Shown in pieces: positions 50,699 to 62,257 of a stretch of 64,000 nt of DNA (its first letter is position 1; the number at the start of each line of letters is the position of its first letter). The translations under genes were made by a program, and so were the position numbers. The notes beneath the pieces were generated by a model. The model did not search any database. It was not told the origin of the DNA and worked only from the letters and a program-made list of their open reading frames with translations. The DNA is from an uncultured Candidatus Binatia bacterium. GTDB lineage: Bacteria; Desulfobacterota; Binatia; UBA9968; CAXXLF01. The stretch spans positions 3,936,001 to 4,000,000 of the forward strand of contig OZ244621.1 of the NCBI GenBank assembly GCA_965218425.1, read 5' to 3'.

Positions 50699-51078
50699 CC
50701 TTTGGCGGAGTGAATGCGGGGCCACCATCTGCTTCGGTGGTAATGTTTCCAACCCGGAGGCCAAGCCGGCCAAGATAGTAAAGCCCAACCAAGGTGACTG
50801 GAATATATTGAGCGAGGTGGAAGTAGACCGAAGGGCCCAGAACGCCTACCTCTTCAGCGCCGAAGAAGCTCAAACTCACCTAGAAACAAAGCTGCACAAC
50901 CCCGAAAAATCCAGGGGCGGAAAGAGAAACGCCAAGAACACGGGTAGAGACGCATAGTTCGCCCGTTGGAAACTGACACGGATCTCATTCAGAACGATCC
51001 CCCACAAAACTCTACAACCAGACAGGTGAGCGTGACGGTAATGCCGATTCCGATCTTGAGTGTGCGGCTACGAGCGAT
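50699..51078 (-). pseudogene. Heavily deleted remnant of a lysylphosphatidylglycerol-synthase-TM (flippase-like) gene; 3' tail cut by IS3
   Basis: Fragments KIGIGITVTLTCL, LWGIVLNEIRVSFQRANYASLP and FHLAQYIPVTLVGLYYL resemble the N- and C-termini of the family; broken frames. Confidence 0.5.
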
Positions 51079-51311
51079 GGTAGTTTCTCCTATAGAATCA
51101 GCGGATCATAACGATTTCGGATGCCGTGGACCGCCAGCAGGCTGCCCTGAGTGATTCCGGCAAAACTAAATTCATGAACTTAATAATACGCTCATCTTAG
51201 CACAAGGAAAACCGGTTTACCCCCGAACCTCTGGACGAAACTCTCGCCCTTGGCGGAAACAGCAATCAAGGTACGAGGTTAGGATTGAACAGAGAAGATG
51301 AGTTCGGCGTA

Positions 51312-52124
51312 CTAATCGGAGAAATGTAGAAATACACCATCAGGATCAGCGGTGGCATAACAACCCATGCGACAAGTCTCCAAGTTCTTTTGCTTCCGTG
51401 CCCCCTCTCTTCCAATGGCTATCTTTCTAGGGCTCGACCCTGGTGAAGACACCGCAATTTCTTCCAGGTCCTTTTTAGCGCTTTCCAGGTTTTCCACCTT
51501 GAATCCAATGTGATCCATTCCTTCCCTCATGCCTCTGTATGCCACCATGTTCCAGGGTCGTATGACAAGGGACACCGTACCATCGGAGAGGTAAAAGTTC
51601 TCCTCATCGGTGAGATCCTCTCTAACCGTAAGCTCGTAAACCCGCCGATAGTAATTAGCCAAAACCCGAGGTTTAGCAGCCCGAATGGCGATGTGGTCGA
51701 GGTGGCGCGGTTGTTCCCAACTCTTTTCGGTGTATCCTTCTCTTACGTTGGCCATTCCCTTTTGAGAAAGGTCGAATTGATTACCGGCGGGATCATGGGT
51801 CCTCAATCCGGCAAAGGGCACGTGTTCCTGACTTTTGGCCACAAAGATTTCCGGATAACTCTCCTTTAGCCGATCCAATACTGTCTGGACATCCTCCACC
51901 TCGAGACCAAAGTGATCGAGCCCCGCAACGGAACCGGGCTGCCTCTGCAACAGTGCCAGTCCTATGACGCCGTCGCTGATATGGCCGCGATTGGGGTTGT
52001 AACTGCCGGTTTCATCGGTCATGCCGGTTGTGATCTTCTTCATTCCAAGGATAGTCTGGTAAAACTTCGCCATTCGGTCGTAGTTTTCGGTATGGATCGC
52101 AACATGTCTGATTTTTGTAAACAT
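51312..52124 (-). CDS. Two-domain VOC/glyoxalase-family protein
   Basis: IRHVAI...FYQ..LG, LDHFGLEVED, DPAGNQFDL, LDHIAI, MDHIGFKVE, DPDG; RBS ggagg. Confidence 0.82.
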   Translation of the reverse strand: MFTKIRHVAIHTENYDRMAKFYQTILGMKKITTGMTDETGSYNPNRGHISDGVIGLALLQRQPGSVAGLDHFGLEVEDVQTVLDRLKESYPEIFVAKSQEHVPFAGLRTHDPAGNQFDLSQKGMANVREGYTEKSWEQPRHLDHIAIRAAKPRVLANYYRRVYELTVREDLTDEENFYLSDGTVSLVIRPWNMVAYRGMREGMDHIGFKVENLESAKKDLEEIAVSSPGSSPRKIAIGREGARKQKNLETCRMGCYATADPDGVFLHFSD

Positions 52125-52314
52125 CGTTATTGACCCTCCTATTTGCCATGAGACGGACGCCAACGGCTGCCTCCCTGTCCCGTTCGGGCGCATCCCGCAT
52201 CTACGGGAAACTACTTCCAAGCACCCTGGAGAAAAGGCTGAATTGCAAACCGATCCATCCTGCCCGTATACCCGGAACTCTGTTAAAATGCTATCCTTCC
52301 GGCATCCGCCCCTA

Positions 52315-53403
52315 TTGATCCTCGTATAATATAATGACATCAGAAAAGGCTGGACTGTTTCCAGAAGGCGGTAACGAGACGAGGCCTGCGGCGCATTCGG
52401 CAAAGGGCGCGACGAGCATGGTGGCTGAGTTGAGCGAAGTCCTTGGCACAGAAGTTGGGCAGTTCATGATGCTTCCAGTATCCCCAGAGGTATTCGACGG
52501 GATTCAGTTCCGGTGCATAGGCCGGCAACCGTTCCAGCACCAACGCGCCTTCGGTAGCGGCAACAAAGTCCCGAACCAACCGGCTCCGGTGGCTGGGCAG
52601 TCCGTCCCACACTACCAGCAGCGGCCCGGAAACATGACGCATCAAGTGCTTCAGGAATTCGATGATCTGGGGGCTCTTGATGGCTCCCGGATACACTCGA
52701 AAGTACAAGCGCCACCAGGTGACTCCGGCGATGGCCGACAGACTCTTCCAGTTGAAGTGATATTGCAGCACTGGCGTCTGTCCTCGGGGCGACCACGTAC
52801 GATACCGATTCGGCCGCTCGCTCAGCCCGCTTTCGTCCACGAACACTATGGTTCGCCCCTCGTTTCGGGCTTTTTTTTAATCTCCGGCCAGCGCTTCTTC
52901 TTCCACTGCCGGATCGCCTCTTCATCTCGTTCCAAGGCACGTCCCGTCGGCCGCTGGCAACTCCACCCCAACTGCCGCAATATCCGCCAAACATAGCCCG
53001 GATGGTATGTGACTCCGCAGGCTTCCCCAATCAAGTGGGCCACTCGCCTTGCGGTCCACAGGCTCGTGTCGTACCCCAGCGCTTCGGGTCCCCGTTTCAA
53101 ACCGCCCTCGATCTTCTTCAGATCCGCCGGGCTCAGTCGCGGCTTGCGTCCGGCACGCCCCGCCTGCTTGAGCCCGGCTCTGCCGCTCTCGGCCAACTGC
53201 CGCGCCCATCGATTCACCGACTGGCGGTGCACTCCCACCCAACGCGCCACCTCCGCCTCCGACAGCCCTCGCTTCAACAGCCTCCCCGCCTCCATCCACC
53301 GTCGCTCCAATGCTTCAAAGTCCCGTCGCACTCCAAGTGGGTTTCCCATACCACCACTACACATTAGTTCTTATCCAATGTTACTATATTATGCGCCTCT
53401 CCA
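52315..53403 (-). mobile_element. IS630-family insertion sequence, copy 2 (1089 bp)
   Basis: Near-identical to copy 1; TA duplication at 52313-14 and 53404-05; empty site would read CTAG. Confidence 0.93.
52340..53364 (-). CDS. IS630 transposase (two ORFs, probable -1 frameshift)
   Basis: Same motifs as copy 1. Confidence 0.88.
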
Positions 53404-53634
53404 TAGATGACGTTTAACGCCACTGGTTAGGTGAGCGATAATTGGCACCCTTACGTAGTCTTTCCCCTATGGGGACTCCAAGACCTGGCCACCCTATGGG
53501 ACCATGGTTGGATCTACGCATTCCACTGGCTCAGCCCCCGGAGACAATCTAGAGATGGTAGGTAATAAATGATTTATAGCGTGACGCCTGATAAAGGGAG
53601 GTTTTGAAAATTGCTTAACTTGCGATGCAGGTGA

Positions 53635-54264
53635 TTAGTAAATTAAGTCACCGATACGTTCCCAACGAATCCAACGGTCGCTCCCGTCCCAGGACCAGTA
53701 AACCACGAAGGCCTTTCCTTTCACGTCCTTCAGATTAACAAATCCCCAGAATCGACTGTCATAACTTCTATCTCGGTTGTCCCCCATAACGAATATGTGA
53801 CCTTTGGGTACGCTTCTTGGCCCATAGTGGTCCCTGAGATGAACGCCGCCGCCAGCATTTTCAGTTTCCTGAAAACTCGCATGCGCATCCTCAATGGGTT
53901 TGCCGTTGATGTGGACTTTCTTGTTTCGAATCTCCACCCGATCTCCCTCCACCCCAATGACGCGCTTGATAAAATCCTTGGATCGATCCACGGGATAGAT
54001 AAACACCACCACGTCACCCCCCTTGGGTTGTCCGAATCGCATCATATAGCGATCCCAAAAGGGTATGCGGATCCCGTAGGCCAACTTGTTGACCAGGATG
54101 TGGTCTCCGATCTGCAGAGTCGGGAGCATGGACCCCGAGGGAATTTTAAAGGCCTGCACGATAAACGTCCGAATGAAAAGGGCGGCAATCAAGGCAATTC
54201 CGATGGCCTCAATATACTCCCTAACTACCGATTTCGATTTTTTTGGTGTCCCTTCTTCGTCCAC
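53635..54264 (-). CDS. lepB: Signal peptidase I
   Basis: IPSGSMLPTL, FIKRVIG, GDNRDRSYDSRFWG; downstream of lepA. Confidence 0.95.
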   Translation of the reverse strand: MDEEGTPKKSKSVVREYIEAIGIALIAALFIRTFIVQAFKIPSGSMLPTLQIGDHILVNKLAYGIRIPFWDRYMMRFGQPKGGDVVVFIYPVDRSKDFIKRVIGVEGDRVEIRNKKVHINGKPIEDAHASFQETENAGGGVHLRDHYGPRSVPKGHIFVMGDNRDRSYDSRFWGFVNLKDVKGKAFVVYWSWDGSDRWIRWERIGDLIY

Positions 54265-54314
54265 GACGAATCCTTCCTCGCTAGTGTCCGCCTAAACGAC
54301 GCCCTCTTCTAAAT

Positions 54315-56108
54315 CTACACCTTCAATGCCGCTAGAAAGGCCTCCTGGGGGATCTCCACCTGGCCTACCTGTTTCATCCTCTTCTTGCCTTCCTTCTGTC
54401 TCTCCAGAAGCTTGCGCTTTCGCGTGATATCACCACCATAGCATTTTGCAGTCACATTTTTTCTGAGTGGCTTCACCACCTCACGGGCAACGATCTTGCT
54501 GCCAATGGCCGCCTGAATGACCACCTCAAAGAGTTGGCGCGGAATCAATTCGCGCAAGCGTTGAATCAGGTCACGACCCCGATAGTAGGCTTTGTCTCGA
54601 TGGATAATCATGGACATGGCGTCCACCACCTGACCATTGATGCGGACATCGAGTTTCACCAGACGGGAGGGCCGCATCCCAATCATCTCGTAATCCATAG
54701 ACGCGTAACCATGGCTCAGGGATTTCAAGCGATCATAAAAATCAAAAACAATTTCGTTCAAGGGCAATTCATACGAGAGCATCACCCTTTTGGGCCCTAG
54801 ATATCGGATTTCCTTTTGAGTCCCCCTCTTTCCCTCGCAGAGTTTGAGCATATTGCCCAGGTACTCGTTTGGAACATGAATCGTGGTAAGGATATTGGGC
54901 TCCTCGATATGGTCGATCTCTGATTCTGCCGGGAGTTTGACAGGGTTGTCAATCATTATTGTCTTTCCGCCGTTTGTTACCACCCCATAAACAACAGTAG
55001 GTGCCGTGGTGATCAAATCAAGAGAGAATTCCCGCTCGAGCCTTTCCCGGACAATGTCCAGGTGCAATAGTCCCAGAAACCCACAGCGAAAACCGAACCC
55101 CAGGGCTTGAGATGTTTCGCCTTCGAAGGTAAATGAAGAGTCATTCAAACTTAACTTCTCCAAGGCTACCCTCAATGCCTGGTATTGCCCCGAGTCCGCG
55201 GGATAGATACCGCTGAATACCATGGGCTTCATGGGCTTGAAACCAGGCAGTGGATGTTGCGAAGGTTTCTCTTCGGTGGTGACTGTGTCACCGATGCGCG
55301 TGTCCGTGATTTCTTTGATGGCGGCCATCAAAAAGCCCACTTCTCCCGGCCCCATTTCCTTCACTTCCACCGGACCGGGAGAAAAAACACCCAGGCGCGT
55401 CACTTCAAAGACCTTCCCGCTCGACATGAGGCGAATGCGTGATCCAGTCTTGACCCGCCCGTCGAAGATACGGACCAGCACCACCGAGCCATGGTAGGGA
55501 TCAAACCAGCTATCAAAGATCAACGCCCTTAAGGGAGCATGGGAATCACCCTTTGCGGGAGGAAAGGTGTTGGCAATTCCTTCTAATATCTCCTCGGTGC
55601 CAATTCCCTCCTTGGCGCTGGCCAGGATCGCCTGAGATCCGTCGAGGCCGATGACGTTTTCTAGTTCCCCTTTAACCCGTTGCGGATCCGCGCTGGGTAG
55701 GTCGATCTTATTGATCACCGGTAAAATGGCCAGATCATGGTCCAAGGCGAGATAGACATTGGCCACCGTTTGGGCCTCCACTCCTTGAGCCGCGTCTACC
55801 ACCAGGATCGCACCGTCACAGGCGGCCAGGCTTCGGGAGACCTCGTAGGTAAAATCCACATGGCCCGGGGTATCGATGAGGTTCAAGGTGTATTCAATTC
55901 CGCTTTTGGCCCGGTAACGCAGTCGCACCGGACTGGCCTTGATGGTTATCCCCCTCTCCCTCTCCAAGTCCATGCTGTCGAGGAACTGTTCTTGCAACTG
56001 CCTTCCAGTCACCGTTCCGGTGTATTCGAGCAGCCGGTCCGCCAGAGTAGACTTCCCGTGATCGATATGCGCAATGATACAAAAATTCTTGATGTGATCC
56101 ACTGTCAT
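54315..56108 (-). CDS. lepA: Elongation factor 4
   Basis: [45 protein letters not shown]. Confidence 0.97.
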   Translation of the reverse strand: MTVDHIKNFCIIAHIDHGKSTLADRLLEYTGTVTGRQLQEQFLDSMDLERERGITIKASPVRLRYRAKSGIEYTLNLIDTPGHVDFTYEVSRSLAACDGAILVVDAAQGVEAQTVANVYLALDHDLAILPVINKIDLPSADPQRVKGELENVIGLDGSQAILASAKEGIGTEEILEGIANTFPPAKGDSHAPLRALIFDSWFDPYHGSVVLVRIFDGRVKTGSRIRLMSSGKVFEVTRLGVFSPGPVEVKEMGPGEVGFLMAAIKEITDTRIGDTVTTEEKPSQHPLPGFKPMKPMVFSGIYPADSGQYQALRVALEKLSLNDSSFTFEGETSQALGFGFRCGFLGLLHLDIVRERLEREFSLDLITTAPTVVYGVVTNGGKTIMIDNPVKLPAESEIDHIEEPNILTTIHVPNEYLGNMLKLCEGKRGTQKEIRYLGPKRVMLSYELPLNEIVFDFYDRLKSLSHGYASMDYEMIGMRPSRLVKLDVRINGQVVDAMSMIIHRDKAYYRGRDLIQRLRELIPRQLFEVVIQAAIGSKIVAREVVKPLRKNVTAKCYGGDITRKRKLLERQKEGKKRMKQVGQVEIPQEAFLAALKV

Positions 56109-57030
56109 TAAGGATTTCGCTCTCGATAAAATGACAGGGTTTGGTCTAAACCCGCATTGAAGGAAACCTTTGGAAGCCATCCCAGGGTCTGGTGAGCGCC
56201 TGAGACATCCAGACAACTACGTTTCTGCTCCCCGGGCTTGGCGGGGCCAAAGACCGCTTCCTTTTTTGCTCCTATTTTTTTATTGAGGAGATTGAAGATG
56301 GTTACCACGTCCGTCTCCTTGCCCGTTGCGATGTTGATGGGGCCGGTGATGTCGGAATCCAACGCCATCAGATTCGCCCGCACCACATCACCAATATATA
56401 CATAATCCCGGGTCTGTTTCCCATCGCCGTTAATGATAGGGACTCGCCGCCGAGGAATGTTCCGATAAAGATCGCTACCACCCCTGCCTCGCCGATGGCC
56501 AGCTGTCTGGGTCCATAGACATTGCCGTAACGAAAGGCCACGTAGGGGATACCGGCAGTCTGCTGGCAAAAGGAAAGATAATATTCTCCGGTTATCTTGC
56601 TCACGCCGTATGGACCTGCGGGGTGAGTGGGATGGTTCTCCGGCACGGGGAACTTCTCCTGCTCTGCGTAAACGGCACCACCTGAGGAGGCAAAGATGAC
56701 CTTCTTAACCCCTGCGACCTTGCACCCTTCCAGCAAATGGAGGAGTCCCAGAATATTGATCCGTGCATCCAACTTTGGATCCGCCACGGAACGCCTTACA
56801 TCCATCCGGGCAGCGTAGTGGCACAGCACATAGGGAGAGATATCGGAGAGCAGCCCGGGTATCTTGGGATCGAGGATGTCCATTGAGCAGAACGTTGCCT
56901 GCTTGTTGAGGTTTCTTTCATTTCCCTTGGACAGATCGTTGATGACTGATACCTGGTGTCCCTGTTCGAGGTAGGCGCCAACGATATGGGAGCCAATGAA
57001 ACCGGCCCCACCTGTCACGACGATTTTCAT
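56108..57030 (-). pseudogene. NAD-dependent epimerase/dehydratase (GalE-like), frameshifted ~56440
   Basis: GGAGFIG, YGVSK, RYGNVYGPRQ in one frame; NGDGKQTRDYVY in another. Confidence 0.85.
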
Positions 57031-57035
57031 GGAGG

Positions 57036-57974
57036 CTAATTCCTCAGCCGTTCGCGGAAATACCGGATAGTCCTGGTCAGTCCTTCGTCCAACGCAACCC
57101 CGGGTTCCCAACCCAGGATCTCTTTGGCCTTGGAGATTTCCGGTTGGCGAACCTGAGGATCGTCCTGTGGCGATGGTCGGAAAACAATGGAGCTTTTAGA
57201 TCCAGTGAGTTCCAAGACCTTCTTGGCAAAATCCAATACGGTCATCTCGTGGGGACTACCAAGATTCACTGGTAGGTGGTGATTGGAATTCAGCAGTTTT
57301 CGAAGCCCATCAATTAGGTCATCGATGTACTGGAAACTCCTGGTCTGCTGTCCCTTTCCATATACCGTCAAATTCTCCCCCTTCAGGGCTTGAATAATGA
57401 AATTGGGAACCACCCGACCATCATTCATCCGCATCCTTGGTCCATAGGTATTAAAGATCCGAGCAATTCGCGTGTCCAGGGCATGATACTGGTGATAGGC
57501 CATGGTCATGGCCTCCGCAAATCGCTTTGCCTCATCGTAGACCCCCCGCGGGCCGATTGGATTCACGTTCCCCCAGTAGTCTTCCCTCTGAGGCCGTACC
57601 ATGGGATCGCCATATACCTCTGAAGTTGATGCCAAAAGAAAGATCACCTTCTTAGCCTTGGCGAGTCCCAGGGCGTTGTGGGTGCCCAACGACCCCACCT
57701 TCAGGGTTTGAATGGGCATAACCAGGTAATCTTCCGGGCTTGCAGGGGAAGCGAAATGCAACACCATATCCAGGGGACCATCCACCTTAATAAAACGGGT
57801 CACGTCCTGCTCGACGTAGGTAAACCGGGGATGAGAGGCAAAGGGGGCAATGTTCTCTTGACTACCGGTTGAAATGTTATCCACACAGACCACTTCGTCC
57901 CCATGGGTTAAAAAGCTCTCGCATAGATAGGAGCCAATAAATCCTGCTCCCCCGGTGATCAATACCCTAGCCAT
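57036..57974 (-). CDS. UDP-glucuronate decarboxylase (UXS-like)
   Basis: [43 protein letters not shown]. Confidence 0.9.
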   Translation of the reverse strand: MARVLITGGAGFIGSYLCESFLTHGDEVVCVDNISTGSQENIAPFASHPRFTYVEQDVTRFIKVDGPLDMVLHFASPASPEDYLVMPIQTLKVGSLGTHNALGLAKAKKVIFLLASTSEVYGDPMVRPQREDYWGNVNPIGPRGVYDEAKRFAEAMTMAYHQYHALDTRIARIFNTYGPRMRMNDGRVVPNFIIQALKGENLTVYGKGQQTRSFQYIDDLIDGLRKLLNSNHHLPVNLGSPHEMTVLDFAKKVLELTGSKSSIVFRPSPQDDPQVRQPEISKAKEILGWEPGVALDEGLTRTIRYFRERLRN

Positions 57975-59271
57975 CTCGTCTTCCAACGGAATAATAGGTG
58001 AAGCCCATTTTCTTCATCTCCGCAGGATCGTAAATGTTACGTCCGTCGAAGACAACAGGGTTTTTGAGTAACTCTTTGACGCGTTCAAAATTTGGCCGAC
58101 GGAACTCATTCCACTCGGTGACCACGATCAAGGCGTCCGCACCACGAAGGGCATCATAGTTCCGCTTAGCGTAGTGAATACGGTCGCCAAAGATCCTTTT
58201 GCATTCCCCGTCGGCCTCAGGGTCATACGCTTGAACTTGAGCACCGTCTTTCAGCAGAGACTCCATCACAATGATGGAGGGGGCCTCTCTCATGTCGTCG
58301 GTGCGGGGCTTAAAGGAAAGACCCCAAAGGGCAAAGGTAAGACCGGAAAGGTCCAATCCGAAATGGCCCCGGACCTTTTCCCCCACAAGCCGCTTCTGCC
58401 CTTCGTTTACCTGCTCCACGGCTCTCAGCAAAGGCATGTCAAGCTCCTGTTCTCCCATACTGACCATGGCACGCAGATCCTTGGGAAGACAGGACCCCCC
58501 ATATCCCACACCGGGAAAAATGAAATGAGGACCAATCCGTTGGTCCAAGCCAAGCACACGGCGGACCTGATTGATGTCCGCTCCCATCTTTTCACAGAGC
58601 CTGGAAACCTCATTGATAAATGAGATCTTCGTCGCCAACATGGCATTGGAGCCATACTTACTCATTTCGGCGCTACGGGAGTCCATAACGACGATGGGAT
58701 TTCCCGTTTGAACAAAAGGATCGTAGAGTTCCTTGACAACCTCCACCGCCTCGGCGTCGTCGCCTCCCAAGACCACCCGATCGGGCTTCATGAAGTCGTC
58801 CACCGCCGCACCTTCTTTGAGAAACTCAGGGTTGGAAAGCACCGCAACCGGGTGGGAGGTCTCGGCTTTCATGCCGGCGGCCACCTGCTCGGCGGTGCCC
58901 ACCGGCACGGTACTTTTATTAACTATAATTTTACTTCCGTTCATGGCCCTAGCAACAGACTTTGCTGTATTGATGACCTGGTCGATGTTGGGGCTTCCAT
59001 CCTCCCCCTGCGGAGTACCTACCGCAATAAAAATAACTTTGGACCGCTTCACTGCAGAATTGACATCCGTAGTAAAAGTAAGCCTCTGTTCTTCCACATT
59101 CCTTTGCACCAGCTCGCCCAATCCCGGTTCGTAGAAAGGGATGGTTCCTTCCATCAAAGCAGCAACCTTTGCCTTGTCGATGTCCACGCATATGACTTCG
59201 TTGCCACTCTCGGCAAAGCATGTGCCCGCCACCAGACCCACGTATCCCGTGCCAATAACGGCGATGTTCAT
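57967..59271 (-). CDS. ugd: UDP-glucose 6-dehydrogenase
   Basis: [34 protein letters not shown]. Confidence 0.93.
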   Translation of the reverse strand: MNIAVIGTGYVGLVAGTCFAESGNEVICVDIDKAKVAALMEGTIPFYEPGLGELVQRNVEEQRLTFTTDVNSAVKRSKVIFIAVGTPQGEDGSPNIDQVINTAKSVARAMNGSKIIVNKSTVPVGTAEQVAAGMKAETSHPVAVLSNPEFLKEGAAVDDFMKPDRVVLGGDDAEAVEVVKELYDPFVQTGNPIVVMDSRSAEMSKYGSNAMLATKISFINEVSRLCEKMGADINQVRRVLGLDQRIGPHFIFPGVGYGGSCLPKDLRAMVSMGEQELDMPLLRAVEQVNEGQKRLVGEKVRGHFGLDLSGLTFALWGLSFKPRTDDMREAPSIIVMESLLKDGAQVQAYDPEADGECKRIFGDRIHYAKRNYDALRGADALIVVTEWNEFRRPNFERVKELLKNPVVFDGRNIYDPAEMKKMGFTYYSVGRRDG

Positions 59272-60220
59272 AGGGCTTTCCCTTCGTCCAAGATCTCTTT
59301 TATGGAGTAGATGGGCTTATTTTGAGATTCGTGGTAGGTCCATGCCAATATCTCTCCCAGCAACCCCATGATGATGAATTGACAACCGATTACGACCAAA
59401 AGAACCGCCAGCAGGGGCAGCGGGCGTCCGCCGATGTCTACACCGTAGAGGACTTTCTGGGCCGTAAGGTAAACGGCGAATAAAAACCCAATGGCGCCGC
59501 TCAACAGTCCCGCAAACCCAAAGATGTGCAGGGGACAAGTGGCGTAGCTCAAAAGAAATCTTACCGTCAACAGGTCCACGATCACGCGAAAGGTGCGCAC
59601 CAATCCGTATTTGGATCTCCCCCCTGACGTGTTCGGTGATGCACCCGAAGCTCGGCAATCCGTGCCCTCCGCTCATAGGCAATGGCGGGTATAAAGCGAT
59701 GCATCTCTCCATAGAGTTTGATCTCATGGGCCACCTCCCTACGGATGGCCTTCAGGCTGCAGCCATAATCGTGCAGCTTCACCTGGGTCATCCAGGATAT
59801 CAGTAGGTTGGCCATCTGAGACGGCAAGCGTCGACGCCAAAAGGGATCCCGGCGGGGCGAGCGCCAGCCCGCCACCAAATCGAAACCTTCCTCCAGTTTC
59901 TTCAATGGGGCCGGGATATCTTTGGGATCGTTCTGCCCATCTCCATCCATGAAGATGATGATCTCACCCTTGGCATGGGCGATCCCTGCGGCCGGGGCCG
60001 CGGTTTGTCCGAAATGGCGTCTCAGACTCAGGACCTTGATCCCAGGGTCTTCACGATGCAATGCGGAAAGAGTCGAATAGGTTTTGTCTATGCTACCGTC
60101 GTTGACGATAATGATCTCGTATTTTTTGTTCAACCCTCCCACAACGCAGACCAATTCTCGTGCCGCTGGTTCCACGGTCTCCTCCTCGTTGTAAACCGGG
60201 ACTACAATCGAAAGGTCCAT
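59268..60220 (-). pseudogene. GT2 polyprenol-phosphate glycosyltransferase (ArnC-like), frameshift at C6 59619-24
   Basis: VVPVYNEE, DGS.D, MDGDGQNDP, HDYGCSLKA, GEMHRFIP; C-terminal TM part lies in another frame. Confidence 0.85.
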
Positions 60221-60351
60221 ACCATCAACCCCGAACCGATCCCCAGCCATAGAAGAACAGTACCCTCAGACCCATATCTTCAGCACACCACCTCTAGTGT
60301 ACTTGAAATCACGAGGGATCGCACGTGGTTTCCTAATCGTCTGGGTTCGGA

Positions 60352-61257
60352 TCAGGTATGAAAGTCTGTCAATGCGAGGAACCGACGGTACCGATCCTCA
60401 ATTTCCTGAAGGTTAAGGGGAATCATCCTTCTCATGCCGAAATCTTCCACGGCAAAGGATGCAGACACGCTTCCGTAGGCGATGGCACGGCGCAGCCCTC
60501 TCTCACTGTGGTCTCCGGTGCGCGCCAGGTAACCCACGAACCCACCGGCAAAAGAGTCCCCTGCCCCCGTCGGGTCGAAAACCTCCTCCAGCGGATAGGC
60601 CGGGGTGGCAAAAACGGTTGAATCGGTGAACTGAAGAACCCCGTATTCGCCTCTCTTGATAAGCAAGACCCTGGGTCCCATCTTCAGGATGGAGCGGGCG
60701 GCTCGAACGATGTTGTGCTGTCCACTGAGCATCTTTGCCTCTGAGTCGTTGATGACGAGAATCTCCACGCGACTCAGGACCTTTTGCAGTTCTGCAGGGT
60801 TCCCCTGAATCCAGTGGTCCATGGTATCACAGGCAACCAGACGGCTGTTGGTGAGCTGATCAAGGACTTTCAATTGCATATTGGGGTCAATGTTACCGAG
60901 AAACACGTACTGCGAATTACGGTAGCTTTGCGGGAGTTGGGGGACATAGCCCTCTAGAACATTGAGGTGAAGCTCCAGGGTGTCACGAACGTTTAGGTCT
61001 TCATGATAACGGCCACGCCAGTGAAAGGTATCTCCCTTTTCCTTCTTGAGGCCCTCCAGGTCGACTCCTCGTCCGGCGAGGAGATCCAGGTATTGCTGTG
61101 GAAAATCCGCCCCAATGACCCCCACCAGTTGTACCGGTGAGAAAAAGCTTGCGGTCATAGCGAAATAGGCCGCCGATCCCCCCAGTATCCTCTCCGCAGA
61201 GGCATGGGGAGTCTCCACAGAATCAAAGGCTACAGTTCCAACCACTAGTACGCCCAT
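60352..61257 (-). CDS. PfkB-family carbohydrate/nucleoside kinase
   Basis: GGSA, DPTGAGDSFAGG. Confidence 0.9.
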   Translation of the reverse strand: MGVLVVGTVAFDSVETPHASAERILGGSAAYFAMTASFFSPVQLVGVIGADFPQQYLDLLAGRGVDLEGLKKEKGDTFHWRGRYHEDLNVRDTLELHLNVLEGYVPQLPQSYRNSQYVFLGNIDPNMQLKVLDQLTNSRLVACDTMDHWIQGNPAELQKVLSRVEILVINDSEAKMLSGQHNIVRAARSILKMGPRVLLIKRGEYGVLQFTDSTVFATPAYPLEEVFDPTGAGDSFAGGFVGYLARTGDHSERGLRRAIAYGSVSASFAVEDFGMRRMIPLNLQEIEDRYRRFLALTDFHT

Positions 61258-61293
61258 GTTAGTCTTCCATCCATGTCGTTAATTTTAATTGCT

Positions 61294-62163
61294 TCATAGA
61301 TATCTTCCAATTAACAAATTTAGATCCTTACGAATCTTTTTGGGAATTTTTTTACGTTCGGTCACCAGTGCATCCTTTAAGGAAGTCGCACAAGGGCAGG
61401 ATCTGTCGTGTGGGAAGTATTGAATGGCTTTCCTGATGACCCGCTGCGCCAATCGCGCATTCCTCTGCAACACGGCAAAGACCTGATCGATCTGAACGTC
61501 CCCAGCGGCCTCATTCCAGCAGTCATAATCCGTGGCCATGGCCAGTGTTACGAAACAGATCTCAGCCTCCCGTGCCAGCTTAGCCTCCTGGAGACTGGTC
61601 ATACCGATTACGGCGGCGCCCCAGCTCCGGTAGAGGTGGGACTCGGCACGGGTGGAGAACTGCGGGCCCTCCATACAAACATAGGTGCCCTTGGGATGCA
61701 CCGGTGCCCCTTCATCGCCGGCTGCGCGATTGACCGCACCACAAAGGTCGGCACAGACGGGATCGGCAAAACCCACGTGGGCAACCAGACCGCCGCCGAA
61801 AAAAGTGCTTGGCCGTTTTGTGGTGCGGTCAATGAATTGATCCGGAACCACCACGTGACCGGGAGCAATTTCTTCCTTGAGGCTCCCCACGCTCGCCACC
61901 GAGATGATCTGCTCCACTCCGAGCTTTTTCATGCCATAAATGTTGGCACGAAAATTGAGCTCCGATGGCATCAACCGGTGACTCTTGCCATGGCGCGGCA
62001 GGAACACCAACTGGGTGCCATCAAGGGTTCCCCGGACATAGGCATCGGAAGGCCTTCCGAATGGGGTGTCTACCCTCTGCTCGCGAACCTTCTCCAGCCC
62101 TTCCATCTCGTAGAGACCGGTACCACCAATGATCCCAACTACTTTTGCCTTGCTCGCCTTCAC
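61294..62163 (-). CDS. mtnP: S-methyl-5'-thioadenosine phosphorylase
   Basis: GIIGGTG, TPFG.PS, RHG, EGPQFSTRAES, ATDYDCW; start uncertain (62163 or 62181). Confidence 0.92.
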   Translation of the reverse strand: MKASKAKVVGIIGGTGLYEMEGLEKVREQRVDTPFGRPSDAYVRGTLDGTQLVFLPRHGKSHRLMPSELNFRANIYGMKKLGVEQIISVASVGSLKEEIAPGHVVVPDQFIDRTTKRPSTFFGGGLVAHVGFADPVCADLCGAVNRAAGDEGAPVHPKGTYVCMEGPQFSTRAESHLYRSWGAAVIGMTSLQEAKLAREAEICFVTLAMATDYDCWNEAAGDVQIDQVFAVLQRNARLAQRVIRKAIQYFPHDRSCPCATSLKDALVTERKKIPKKIRKDLNLLIGRYL

Positions 62164-62257
62164 CCCGCGCTCCACATCCACACACCGGCGCCGGAATCAA
62201 CAACGAACCCAGCTCGGAATCTCTCTCGATGGTTACCGCGAAAAAGACGGATGGAGA

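Noticed and set aside
52125..52403. N-terminal extension of the VOC ORF (MPNAPQ...), also seen at 3014-3349
   Set aside because: Read-through from the IS end; the real start at 52124 has a good RBS.
3261..53403. Composite transposon bounded by the two IS630 copies
   Set aside because: Copy 1 has both halves of one SBP gene on its flanks and each copy has its own TA duplication, so these are independent insertions.
53440..53505. Repeated TGGCAC and ccctatggg as a sigma54 promoter (also TGGCACG at ~8717)
   Set aside because: No TTGC at the -12 position; the repeats are too short to support a call.
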